From Chiloscyllium plagiosum (Eukaryota): a stretch of DNA of 64,000 bases. The translations under genes and the position numbers were made by a program. Where the stretch lies: assembly GCF_004010195.1 (NCBI RefSeq), contig NC_057718.1:14853992-14917991 (forward strand), written 5' to 3'. Shown here piece after piece: positions 37,611 through 50,380 of the stretch (within the stretch, counting starts at the first letter, position 1; each line of letters starts with the position of its first letter). The notes beneath the pieces are model-generated. The model was given only the letters and a program-made list of their open reading frames with translations. It was not told the origin of the DNA and searched no databases.

Positions 37611-39519
37611 TAGAAGAATGCAGTAAAGTCGTCCTGGAGACAGTGGATTGACACTTCACTGCCGTGTGGCCAACAATCAGTCAGGATCATGTGGACAATG
37701 ACGGCACCAACAGAAACCCATGTTAAACAAAGTCACACTTGGGCTTCAACCAGGATCCATCTGCCAAGCCCTGCAGCGATGAACAACTGGTGATGGAGGG
37801 TGGACTATGACCCTGCAAACTGTAGTCGAGAATCTGCATGTGTGTGATAGAAGCAGGAAAGGGCACCTGTACTGGGACTGGTGTGATCTGGGACAGCGAC
37901 ATCAGTGACTAAGCAGTTCCCTTCAGGATTTCCCAAGTGGGAACAAAGAAACAAAACAAGATTCCTTTCAAAAACTCCATCCTGGTTTTCTGCTGCAGGG
38001 AGACAGGAAAGTTGGGGGAAACTGCAACCATTTCATTGATCAAAGTAGATGATCCTACGGATGATTACGAAGGAAGGATGAACAGGAAGGCAGGAGAAAA
38101 GAAAGAAAAAGACATTTATGTGGTGGACTTCATAACTTCAAGATGGCCCAAAGATTTCACTGCCAGTCAAAGATTACAAACATAGTTGTTGTTCTTTTTT
38201 ACAAGAGAGCGATGAGGTATCATGGTCAACCACATGGAGAGCTGTAATAAGCACCGTTCACACTACAGTGCAAATGGACAACAGTAAACTGCATTTATAT
38301 AAAGGAGAGTGACAAATCAAAATTTCAAACTGAGCCATATAAGCACAGACTAGGGCATGTTGCCAAAACCTGGCTCAATTAGCTAAGCTTCAGAGAGAGA
38401 TGGAATTCTCAAGTGTAGAGCCCAGACAGCTGAAGGTGTAGTCACCAATGATGGAACAATGAAAATCGGGAATGGGCAATAGGTCAGAATTGGAAACCAA
38501 TCAAAGATTATGGAAGGTTTCCAAATTAATTTTCAAAAGGCAGCAACGACTTGTGGAGAAATGATGAGCCAATCACCTGTCATATTACTGCAGCTGGCAG
38601 CAATTCAGCTGATTTGTGTTTGTTTGTTGTTCCTTGCACAATTACTCCAATCCGTAGAATTGTCATTTAGCTAATTGGAGATTTAAGTATAGCGGCAATT
38701 ATAAAAATTAAAATGTTTCCAACTGCTGGTAGGTCAGAAACCAAAGGACACTGATTTTTAAGGTAATTGGACTTGAATCTTCAGTGAATATTCTCCAGTC
38801 TGAGCCATTTATTTTTGAACAGGTTAATGATGGCACTTAAATAACGTTCAAGTGGGAATTATCAAGTTTGCTGTCTAGCTCAAGTGCAGGGTCAGCTTCC
38901 TCCCCCACATCCACTCTATGATCTAAAGCACTTCTGAGATGCTATCTTCTCCACAGAATCAGAATGGTTACAACACAGAAAGAGGCCAGTTAGCCCATTG
39001 AGACCATACCTGCACTTTGCCCTGGAAATTTAGCAGCTACTACCCCCGGGGCCTTGCACTGTTGCCCCTTCAGCTGTTTATCCAATTTCCCTCATAAACT
39101 CTGCATTGTCTCTGCTTCCACTTCAATCCTTGAGCATTCCAGGACCCAGTCATTCACTGGGTAAAAACATTTTTCCTTAGGTGGCCTTTGAATCTGCATT
39201 CTATGGTTCTCAACCCTTTTGCCCATGGGAATGGTTTCTCTCTCTCTCTCTCTCTGACCTGTTGAGCAAATCTCCTCTTCACCTTTAACCCAATTCAGTC
39301 CAATGAAGTGACCATTGGGCTCTGTCACTTGTCCTGTGTGTGTGTTGCTCATTACTTGCTGTAAATTAAGTAGTAAACATGCATGCAGTACAGCGAGGAA
39401 GACGTTCCCTCTCTACAGCATCCCTGGCCATCATACAACATGGCAACCTCTCAAAAAATGAGTAAAATTTCTTGCCTCTCATTTCTTACTGCATTACAAG
39501 AAACAAACGTATCATAAAT

Positions 39520-39762
39520 AAAAACCAGAAGATTTGTGAATGCAGTAAATCAGAAACAAAAAACAGAAATTGCTAGAAAAGCTCAGCAGGTCTGGCAGCA
39601 TCTGTACAGAGAAATCAGAGTTATTGTTTTGGGTCAAGTGACCCTTCCTCAGAACCAAGGAGGTTCTGAGGAAAGGTCACTTGACCTGAAACATTAACTC
39701 CGATTTCTCTCCACGGATGCAGGCAGACCTGCTGAGCTTTGCCAGCAATTTCTATTTTTGTT
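39520..39762. mobile_element. Penelope-like fold-back element (about 100-bp diverged arms)
   Basis: Centre CCTCAGAACC-AAGGA-GGTTCTGAGG; hammerhead-like GGTT-CTGAGGA-A-AGGTC-ACTT-GACCT-GAAAC-ATT-AACT at 39662-39699. Confidence 0.85.
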
Positions 39763-39894
39763 CAAGCATAAGTATCATCAGACTTTTTTTATGGCATAAA
39801 ACTCATCGGTGAAAGGATGGCTTCCGTGACTGAAGAATTTGCATTGATTCATTGTTAAGTGTAATCAGACACTTAGCTCATTGATGTTCTGTGG

Positions 39895-40150
39895 AATTAG
39901 AATTAGCTTTACTATCACATGTACTCACATGAGTACAGTGGAAAGTTTACAAGTTACCACTTAGAGGTACCTAGGTACAGAATCCTAGTTAAAAAGTTAA
40001 ACATGACAGTCCTTCTTACAAAAGAAAGTAGAAAAACAAAAAATACACAGTTAACAGTTAAACACCATAGTCTGTAAGTGCCTGGCCATATTGGGCTCGC
40101 ACTCCTCAAACACACTACTCGCCTATGCCCCTGAAGAACCCATACACTTT
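39895..40150 (-). mobile_element. Non-coding retroelement 3' end (Rex1/Babar-like tail)
   Basis: Minus strand AAACTTTCCACTGTACTCATGTGAGTACATGTGATAGTAAAGC plus (TAATTC)n; same family as 41275-42036. Confidence 0.55.
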
Positions 40151-41274
40151 GAGGATAAGGATGGCTGGACACAACATGGTGACTAGGGTGGGATCTGAGA
40201 TTAGTGGCGCCAGTGTAAATGATCCAAAAGACTGGTAACTCAGAAAACCTCAAAGAAAATAGATACTGTTAGTTGTGGAGAAAAGTGAAGCTTAAAAACC
40301 CTCAGCTAACACCGAAGAATACCTTAAAGAATGACATGGGAAGCATTTCAAACTGCAGAAGAAGAAGCCTGCAACTCCAAGGCAGGTCTCCAGGCTGCAC
40401 AGTGAGGTGGCTTTCAGAGGGAGCAGCCCCAAGTCGGAGTACAACTTGTGAGTGCACAAACATTGGAGATTCAGCAAATGAAATTAATATTGCCTGATAC
40501 AAAGAGGAAACTTGAAACAGCGCAGTAAGTCAGGCTGAAAAGGTGAGAATACGTTCTAGCTCAGATTGGTCCTTGCTGCTCTTGCACTGATACCAAGAGC
40601 TAACAGATACCACTTACAGCACATACACTGCAACGGTTCAAGAAGGCAGCCTGGGATGGACGATAAATGCTAGCCAGCCAGTGTCCCCCTCCCCACTGTC
40701 CCAGGAGTCAACAAACAAATAAAGCAGCTCGGGTAGGAAACAGTACGACCAGGGCCAAGTGAGTGACTTGCACAATTCAGGAGTCGAGAACCATGGAAAT
40801 TTTAATCCAGTCATTTAAATCCAGGACCCATGAGACGAGTCATAGGCCCTGGTGAAACTCCTTTTTCGGGTTTCTTACTCCAACACTGCACCTATCCCCA
40901 TCACCACCAGCACCCACTTCAACTCTCCCCCTCAGTATTACTTCTTTTTATGATGAATTTCATTTACATTTATCATCTGAAGTTGATATCTCTAAAAGCT
41001 CATCACTGTTAACATTAAGCTAACTTTGGTAAGCTCAAGGATATATATTTTTAACTACCACCTGTTTGCCTGTTATTTATAACTTTCTGAAGCAGTGAAC
41101 ATTGTCAATGTCCCCTGACAGAGTTTATATTCGAAGGTGAGACATATTGACACTTTTGCATCCTTCATATCCTCCTCCTAAATTTACTATTTCACAACAT
41201 ACACAGACTGAAATAAATAAAGTTATGCAGATTTTTAACTGTATTTTCTCATTGCGTGCAATCTATTATCCACA

Positions 41275-42036
41275 TCAAGATGGCGTCTACAGGGTAGTAA
41301 GTATTAGGGCTCCTGGGCCATCTGCTTCTATCACCAGGCCTGACGCATCCTTTTTGTTTACAATTTGTTTGAACATAAACTTCATCTTGCCTCCTTTTGG
41401 CGACTTAGAGGGGGAAGCAGGAGGTTCTGAGAGGCTGCTGCAGTAGAGAAGGTGGTGTAGATCTGGCCATTCCTTGTGGCTGCATTCTGGTGGGTCCTTC
41501 AACTAGACAGCTTTCGTGGAGGCTTTAAAGATGAGGTGTGTCCGGGCCCGGGATTCCAATGACCGGCCTGCGACTCTTTTGGACAGTGGTTTTTGTTGGG
41601 ATCATGTCCTGGACTCCTTTCCGCAGCTTCAACATCAGTCTGTGGCTCCATGTGGCGTTTTCTTCAGCATCATAGGGGTCCAGTCTAGGATTCCAACTGG
41701 CGGGGTGGGGTGGGGTCAGGTCCTTGAGCCAGAGCCGTGAAATGGACTAATTATCTCTTTTTAACTTTTTTTATCATACAACCATGAAATGACTGTTATT
41801 CTGGACTTCTTATTTCTTTATGCTTTCAATTTATTACTGTGATTTTGTACTTTTGAAGGTCAATAAAGCTGGACTTCTTATTTCTTTACCTTTATACATT
41901 TTTCCATAAGAATTTGTACTCAAGAATCTGTACCAAGGTACATTTGTACCTAAGGTGGCACCGAAAGTGGTGACCCATAAACTTTTCATTGTACTCATGT
42001 GAGTACATGTGACAATAAAACTAATTCAGTTCAATT
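41275..42036 (+). mobile_element. Non-autonomous retroelement (Rex1/Babar-like tail)
   Basis: Starts CAAGATGGCG, GC-richer body, T-rich stretch, ends TTTTCATTGTACTCATGTGAGTACATGTGACAATAAAACTAATTC. Confidence 0.5.
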
Positions 42037-45000
42037 ACTGAAGTCTTTATTTCCAACACAATACAATGATGGCAATTTATAACAACCCAATTCAGTTTGC
42101 AGCCTGCATTAAATTTGAAACTTGTATAGCCCTTCATTATAATTTGTGTTTATTCAGGTACAATAGATTAAACTCACTCTCCTCTTCAGCTCTGAAGAAG
42201 TCATAGTGGTGTTGAAATGGTAACTCACTGGTGCTGCCAAAACTGAACTTTTCCAACACTTTTTGTTTTCATTTCAGATCATCTGCATCTTTGGTATTTT
42301 GCTGATATTTTAAACACATTAAATATCATGAATTTTTAAAATATATTTATCTTACCAAAATATGATAGGCATCATTAAATCCATCAAGGACATTTCTTTC
42401 CTTCATTTATTACATCTGCAGGTACTAATGCAATATGCATGTGAGAAAATTAATTACATTTTCCCACAAATCAGCACGTCAGGTTGACAACAATCCCAGC
42501 ATGCACGACTGATTCTGATCTGACATAGAAATTTTTCAGGAGACTCTGTTACAGTTACAAAAGCACTGGCATTGTCAATCCACAAATGGACTGAAATCTC
42601 TCCAAAACAGCAGTAAAGTGCAAGAAAACCACAATTACAGCAGAATAACAATTTTTAAAGAAGATAAACCTCCTTGCCACATTAGGAAGCTATGAAGCTA
42701 TAGTATTAGAAATAGTGTTGAGAAAATAATTCTTAGAGTCATAGAGATGTACAGCATGGAAACAGGCCCTTCAGTTCAACCTGTCCATGCTGACCAGATA
42801 TCCCAACCCAATCTAGTCCCATAGAACAGATTCTAACTGAATACAAAGTTAGAAGCTCAACAAGTAAATATATTTCTGTACACAGCTGGGAGCACAATGG
42901 ATGATGGTACTGTTCTCCAAGGATTAAAAGCAACACCAGATAAATTGAAGAGATACTTTTCTAGGCATTGCTGATAAGTCTTCATCAGATTTATTATAGT
43001 CTAAAGAAGACCTGACACTAGAAACAACCATTCAGATGGTGAGTGAGCAGAAGTCCATAATCAACGCTGATTATTCCGAAGGGAAGTTGATCAAACTTGG
43101 TACAGGAAACCTTCGGAATTCATTCAATTATTAAAGAACAGAACCACAAAAGAGACATGTGATAAACCAATGCAGCAGGTCAGACAAACACCAAACTGTA
43201 AAAGTCCTGCAGAGCAAACAAACATCATAGGTACAATAGGTGCCCAGCTATTTTTAATTGCAAAACAGTCAGTCATAGAGATGTACAGCACGGAAACAGA
43301 CCCTTCGGTCCAACCTGTCCATGCCGACCAGATATCCCAACCCAATCTAGTCCCACATGCCAGCATCAGGCCCATATCTTTCCAAACCCTTCCTATTCAT
43401 ATACCTATCCAGTTGCCTTTTAAATGCTATAATTGTACCAGCCTCCACCACTTCTTCTGGCAGGTCATTCCATACATGTATCACCCCCTGTGTGAAAAAG
43501 TTGCCCCTCAGGTCTCTTTTATATCTTTCCTCTCTCACTCTAAACCTATGCTCCCTAGTTCTGGACTCCCCTATCCCAGGGAAAAGACTTAGTCTGTTTA
43601 TCATATCCTTCCAATAAGAAGGATGTTGTGAAACTTGAAAGGGTTCAGAAAAGATTTACAAGGATGTTGCCAGGGTTGGAGGATTTGAGCTACGTGGAGA
43701 GGTTGAACAGGCTGGGGCTGTTTTCCCTGGAGCGTCTGAGGCTGAGAGGTGACCTTATAGAGGCTTATAAATCATGAGGGGCATGGATATGATAAACAGA
43801 CGAAGTCTTTTCCCGGGGGTAGGGGAGTTCAGAACTAGAGAGCATAGGTTTAGGGTGAGAGGGGAAAGATATAATAGAGACCAGAGGGGCAATGTTTTCA
43901 CACAGGGGGTGATACATTTATGGAATGACCTGCCAGAAGAAGTGATGGAGGCTGGTATAATTATAGCATTTAAAAGGCAGCTGGATGAATTCCTATGAAT
44001 AGGAAGGGTTTGGAAAGATGTGGGCCGGGTGCTGGCAGGTGGGACTAGATTGGGTTGGGATATCTGGTCGGCATGGACGGGTTGGACCGAAGGGCTCTGT
44101 TTCCATGCTGTACATCTCTATGACCCTATGACTATTAGGAAGCCTACAATACAATCCTAATAAGGAGATCATCCCTTTCTTATTTCTCAGTTCCACCCAA
44201 ATAACTTCCCTGATGTATTTTCGCTGTCCCCTGCACCTCCAATTTTGGTGTCATCTGCAAACTTACTAACTATACCTTTTATGCTCACATCCAAATCATT
44301 TATATAAATAATGAAAAGTAGTGGACCCAGCACCGATCCTTGTGGCACTCCACTGGTCACAGGCCTCCAGGCTGAAAAACAACCCTCCACCACCACACTC
44401 TGTCTTCTACCTTCCAGCCAGTTCTGTCACCAACTGGATAGTTCTCCCTGAATTCCATGTGATCTAACCTTGCTAGCAGTCTCCCATGGGAACCTTGTCG
44501 AACATCTTACTGAAGTCCATATGGATCATGTCCCCCACTCAGCACTCATCAATCCTCTTTGTTAATTCTTCATAAAATTCAATCAAGCTCGTAATACATG
44601 ATTTCCCACGCACAAAGCCATGTTGACTATCCCTAATCAGTCCTTGCCTTTCCAAATACATGTACATCCTGTCCCTCAGGATTGCCTCTAACAACTTGCC
44701 TACCACTGACGTCAGGCTCACTGGTCTATAGTTCCCTGACTTGTCTTTACTACTTTTCTTAAACAGTGACACTACGTTTGCCAACCTCCAGTCTTCCGGC
44801 ACCTCACTTGTGACTATCGATGATACAAATATCTCAGCAAGGGGCCCAGCAATCACTTCCCTAACTTCCCACAGAGTTCTAGGCTACTCCTGATCAGGTC
44901 CTAGGAATTTATCCACCTTTATGCATTTCAAGACATCCAGCACTTCCTCCTCTGTAATATGGACATTTTTAAAGGTGTCACCATCTATTTCCTACATTCC

Positions 45001-45424
45001 ACATCTTCCACATCCTTTTCCACAGTAAACACTGATGCAAAATACCCGTTTAGTTTCTGCACCATCTCCTGCGGCTCCACACAAAGGCCACCTTGCTAAT
45101 CTTTGAGGGGTCCCATTCTCTCCTTAGTTACCCTTTTGTCCATAATGTATTTGTAAAAGCCCTTTGGATTTTCCTTAACCCTATTTGCCAAAGCTATCTC
45201 ATATCCCCTTTTTGTCTTCCTGATTTCTCTCTTAAGTATACTCCTACTGCCTTTATACTCTTCTCAGGATTCATTCGATCTATCCTGTCTATACTTGACA
45301 CATGATTCCTTTTTTCTTAACCAAACCCTCAATTTCTATAGTCATCAACCATTCCCTACACCTACCAGGCTTTCCTTTCACCCTAACAGGAATATATTGT
45401 CTCTGGACTCTCGTTACCTCATTT

Positions 45425-47040
45425 AGAACATAGAAGAATACAGCGCAGTACAGGCCCTTTGGCCCTCGATGTTGCGAAAATCCAAGCCCACCTAACCTAT
45501 ACTAACCCACTATCCTCCATATACCTATCCAATGCCCGCTTAAATGCCCATAAAGAGGGAGAGTCCACCACTGCTACTGGCAGGGCATTCCATGAACTTA
45601 CGACTCGCTGAGTGAAGAACCTACCCCTAACTTCAGTCCTATATCTACCCCCCCTTAATTTAAAGCTATGCCCCCTGGTAATACCCGACTCCATACGCGG
45701 GAAAAGGTTCACACTGTCAACCCTATCTAACCCCCTAATCATCTTGTACACCTCAATCAAGTCACCCCTAAACCTTCTTTTCTCTAATGAAAACAGCCCC
45801 AAGTGTCTCAGTCTTTCCTCATACGATCTTCCTTCCATACCAGGCAACATCCTGGTAAACCTCCTCTGCACCCGTTCCAGTGCCTCCACATCCTTCCTAT
45901 AGTATGGCGACCAAAACTGCACACAATATTCCAGATGCGGCCGCACCAGAGTCTTATACAACTGCAACATGACCGCAGCGCTCCGGAACTCAATTCCTCT
46001 ACCAATAAAAGCCAGTACGCCATATGCCAAATCTACCCCTAACATCTGTCCTATACCTACCACCCCTTAATTTAAAGCTATGCCCCCTGGTAATACCCGA
46101 CTCCATACGCGGGAAAAGGCTCACACTGTCAACCCTATCTAACCCCCTAATCATCTTGTACACCTCAATCAAGTCACCCCTAAACCTTCTTTTCTCCAAT
46201 GAAAACAACCCCAAGTGCCTCAGCCTTTCCTCATACGATCTTCCTACCATACCAGGCAACATCCTCTGCACCCGTTCCAGTGCCTCCACATCCTTCCTAT
46301 AGTATGGCGACCAAAACTGCACACAATACTCCAGATGCAGCCGCACCAGAGTCTTATACAACTGCAACATGACCTCAGTACTCCAGAACTCAATTCCTCT
46401 ACCAATAAAAGCCAGAAACAGGCCCTTCAGCCCAACAAGTCCACACCGACCCGCCGAAGCGCAACCCACCCATACCCCTACATTTACCCCTTACCGAACA
46501 CTAGGGTACTGGGGTACTGGGCTAATGGTAGGATACTTGGTAGTGTGGATGAGCAGAGGGATCGAGGTGTCCATGTACACAGATCTCTGAAAGTTGCCAC
46601 CCAGGTAAATAGTGCGGTGAGGAAGGCATATGGCGTACTGGCTTTTATTGGTAGAGGAATTGAGTTCCGGAGTCCTGAGGTCATGATGCAGTTGTATAAG
46701 ACTCTGGTACGGCCGCATCTGGAATATTGTGTGCAGTTTTGGTCGCCATACTATAGGAAGGATGTGAAGGCACTGGAACGGGTGCAGAGGAGGTTTACCA
46801 GGATGTTGCCTGGTATGGAAGGAAAATCGTATGAGGAAAGACTGAGGCCTACTCCTGTAGACAAAGAGGACATAAAAATCAAGGCCAATGGCTCTGCAAT
46901 CTCCTCCCTTGCTTCCCAGAGAATCCTAGGATAAATGCCATCAGGCCCAGGGGACTTATCTATTTTCACCTTTTCCAGGATTTCCAACACCTCTTCTCTA
47001 CATACCTCAAAGCCATCCATTCTACTTATTTGTGACTCAG
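45425..47040. mobile_element. Scrambled pieces of a young CR1 subfamily
   Basis: Open frames 45497-46063(-), 45999-46469(-) and 46505-46850(+), all carrying [24 protein letters not shown]; CpG-rich; abrupt fusions. Confidence 0.85.
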
Positions 47041-48587
47041 AAATTTCTGAAGGCTTCCCATTTTCAAGCCGTCCCTTTACCTGTGAACATCTGCCACCAA
47101 TCAGCATTTGAAAGTTCTTGCATAATACCATCATAATTAGCCTTCCACCAACTTAGAACTTCAACTTCTAGATCTGGGCTATCTTTTTTCATCACAATTT
47201 CAAAACTAATAATAATATGGCCACTGGCCCCAAAGTGCTCCCTCACTGACACCTCAGTCACCTGCCCTATCTTATTTCTCAAGAGTAGGTAATGTTTTGC
47301 ACCTTCTCTAGTAGATACATCCACATAATGAATCAGAAAATTCTCTTGTACACGTTTAACAAATTCCTCTCCATCTAAACCCTTAACAAAGAGACCTTGG
47401 AGTGCAGGTTCATAGTTCCTTGAAAGTAGGGTAGCAGGTAGATAGGATAGTGAAGAAGGCGTTTGGTATGCTTTCCTTTATTGGTCAGAGTATTGAGTAC
47501 AGGAGTTGGGAGGTCATGTTCTGGCTGTAGAGGACATTGGTTAGGCCACTGTTGGAATATTGCGTGCAATTCTGGTCTCCTTCTTATTGGAAGGCCGTTG
47601 TGAAACTTGAAAGGGTTCAGAAAAGATTTACAAGGATGTTGCCAGGGTTGGAGGATTTGAGCTATGGGGAGAGGTTGAACAGGCTGGGGCTGTTTTCCCT
47701 GGAGCGTCTGAGGCTGAGAGGTGACCTTATAGAGGTTTACAAATCATGAGGGGTATGGATATGATAAACAGACGAAGTCTTTTCCCGGGGGTAGGGGAGT
47801 TCAGAACTAGAAAGCATAGGTTTAGGGTGAGAGGTGAAAGATATAATAGAGACCAGAGGGGCAATGTTTTCACACAGGGGGTAATACATGTATGTAATGG
47901 CCTGCCAGAAGAAGTGATGGAGGCTGGTACAATTATAGCATTTAAAAGGCAGCTGGATGAAGTCCTATGAATAGGAAGGGTTTGGAAAGATATGGGCCGG
48001 GTGCTGGCAAGTGGGACTAGATTGGGTTGAGATATCTGGTCGGCATGGACGGGTTGGACCGAAGGGCTCTGTTTCCATGCTGTACATCTTTATGACCCTA
48101 TGATTATTAGGAAGCCTACAATACAATCCTAATAAGGAGATCATCCCTTTCTTATTTCTCAGTTCCACCCAAATAACTTCCCTGGTTTATCTCTGGGAAT
48201 ATCTTCCCTCAGTGCAGCTGTAATGCTATCCCTTATCAAAAATGCCACTCCCCCTCCTCTCCTGCCTCCCTTTTTGTTCTTCCTTTAGCATTTGTATCCT
48301 GGAACATTAAGTTGCCAGTCTTGTCCATTCCTGAGCCATGTTTCTGTAATTGCTATGATATCCCAATCCCATATTCCTAACCATGCCCTGTGTTCATCTG
48401 CCTTCCCTATTAGGCCTCGTGCATTGAAAGAAATGCAGTTTAATTTATCAGCCCTACCTTGTTCTCTGCTTTGTCCCTGCCTGCCCTGACTGTTTGACTC
48501 GCTTCTGTTCTCAACTGTACCACTCTCAGATTGATCTCTTTCCTCAGTATCACCCTGGATCCCACCGCTCTTCCTTACTAGTTTAAA

Positions 48588-48725
48588 AAGGTAAAAACAA
48601 TGACTGCAGATGCTGGAAACCAGATTCTGGATCAATGGTGCTGGAAGAGCACAGCAGTTCAGGCAGCATCCGAGGAGCTTCAGCAAAATCGACGTTTCGA
48701 GCAAAAGCCCTTCATCAGGAATAAA
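48588..48725 (-). mobile_element. Single-arm Penelope-like hammerhead unit inserted at the CR1 ORF1/ORF2 junction
   Basis: Minus strand TTTATTCCTGATGAAGGGCTTTTGCTCGAAACGTC...TTTTTACCT; 16-bp TSD TCCTTACTAGTTTAAA at 48572-48587 and 48726-48741. Confidence 0.9.
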
Positions 48726-49644
48726 TCCTTACTAGTTTAAATCCTACCGAGCAGCTCTAGCAAATCTCCCTGCCAGTCTGTTAATCCCCTTCCAATTCCG
48801 GTGCAACCCATCCTTCTTGTACAGGTCACTTCTACCCCAGAAGAGATTCCAAGGATCCAAGAATGTCAACCCTTCTCCCATACACCAGCTCCTCAGCCAT
48901 GCATTCATCTGCTCTATCCTCCTATTCCTACTCTCACTTGCTCGTAGCACCGGGAGTAATCCAGATATAACTACTCTTGAGGACCTTCTTTTTAAGTTCC
49001 TGCCTTACTCTCTGTATTCTCCCTTCAGTATCCCATCCTTTTCCCTTCCTATGTCATTGGTTCCAATGTGTACAATGATCTCCTGCTGGGCCCTCTTCCC
49101 GTTGAGAACATTCTGCACCATCTCTGAGACATCCTTGATCTTGGCACTATGGAGGCAACACACTATTCTGATTTTTCATTGCTGGTCACACAAACATCTG
49201 TCTGTGCCCTGAACTGGAGAGTCCCCTAACACAATCGAAATCTTGGAATCCAACATACTCGCATTGCACTCAAGCCAGTCTCAATGCCAGAAGCTTGGCT
49301 GTTAGTGCTACATTCCTCTGAGAATCCATCACTCCCTACATTTTCCAAAACAGCATTCTTGTTTGAAATGGTATAGCCACAGACGACTCCTACACTACCT
49401 GCCTACCACTCTTACCTTTCCTGGAGTTAACCCATCTATGTGACTGTATCTGAGGCTTTTCTCCCTTCCTATAACTGCCATCCATCACACCCCAATTGCT
49501 CCTGTAAATTCCTCATTGCCTCTAACTGTCACTCCAACTGATCCATTTGATCTGATTGGATTCACAACCAAAGGCATTTATTGCAGATATAATCCTCAGT
49601 AATACGTAAACTCTCCCACAGAAAATGTGCCACAGTCACAGAAC

Positions 49645-49828
49645 AGCAAAAGGTAGACAAGCAAGAGGTTGAAAGAACACAGCAAGCCAGGCAGCATTAG
49701 GTGATGAAGAAGTCAACATTTCAGATGGAACCCTTCTCCACCTCCTGATGCTGCCTGGCTTGCTGTGTTCTTCCAGTTTCCTGCTTGTCCTCCTTGAATT
49801 CCAGCATCTGCAGGTTTTTTCTGTCTCG
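49645..49828. mobile_element. Degenerate Penelope-like fold-back
   Basis: AAGAACACAGCAAGCCAGGCAGCAT inverted against ATGCTGCCTGGCTTGCTGTGTTCTT. Confidence 0.8.
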
Positions 49829-49889
49829 AACACAGAATAGCAAAAGGCTAAAGAACTGCCCACACAAAGAGGTAAATGATGTTGAACAG

Positions 49890-50380
49890 TGTTCGCCACA
49901 ACACCAGGTTCATCAGACTGATTCCCGGGATGTCAGGACTGACACTGAAGAAAGACTGGATTGACTGGGCTTGTCAATTTACTGGAATTTAGAAGAATGA
50001 GAGGGATCTCACCGAAACATATAAAACTCTGATGGGACTGGACAGGCTAGATGCAGGAAGAATGTTCCCGATGTTGGGGAAGTCCAGAACTAGGGGTTAC
50101 AGTCTAAGAATAAGGGTAGGCCATTCAGGACTGAGATGAGAAAGAATTTCTTCACTCAGAGTTGTGAACCTGTGGAGTTTTCTACCACAGAAAGCTGTTG
50201 GGGCCTGACCGTTAGATATTTTCAAGAGGGAGCTGGACATGGTCCTTGCAGCTAAAGGAATCAAGGGATATAGAGAGAAAGCAGGAGTGCGATACTGAAT
50301 TTGCATGATCAGGTATGATCATATAAAATGGTGGTGCAGGTTTGAAGGGCCTACTCCTACACCTATTTTTCATGTTTCTT
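49890..50380 (+). mobile_element. CR1 3' fragment inside the Gypsy remnant
   Basis: AGACTGATTCCCGGGATG...GAAAGAATTTCTTCACTCAGAG...GGTGGTGCAGG. Confidence 0.85.

Larger units (their letters stand above)
43270..49620 (-). mobile_element. Near full-length, rearranged CR1 LINE
   Basis: ORF1 zinc finger/zipper (YICNKC, about 49590) and SGNH esterase (RRIEQMNAWLRSWC...DGLH, 48744-48950); APE endonuclease (FNARGL..K, DIIAITETWL); RT at 44220-44900; 3' tail at 43270. Confidence 0.88.
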
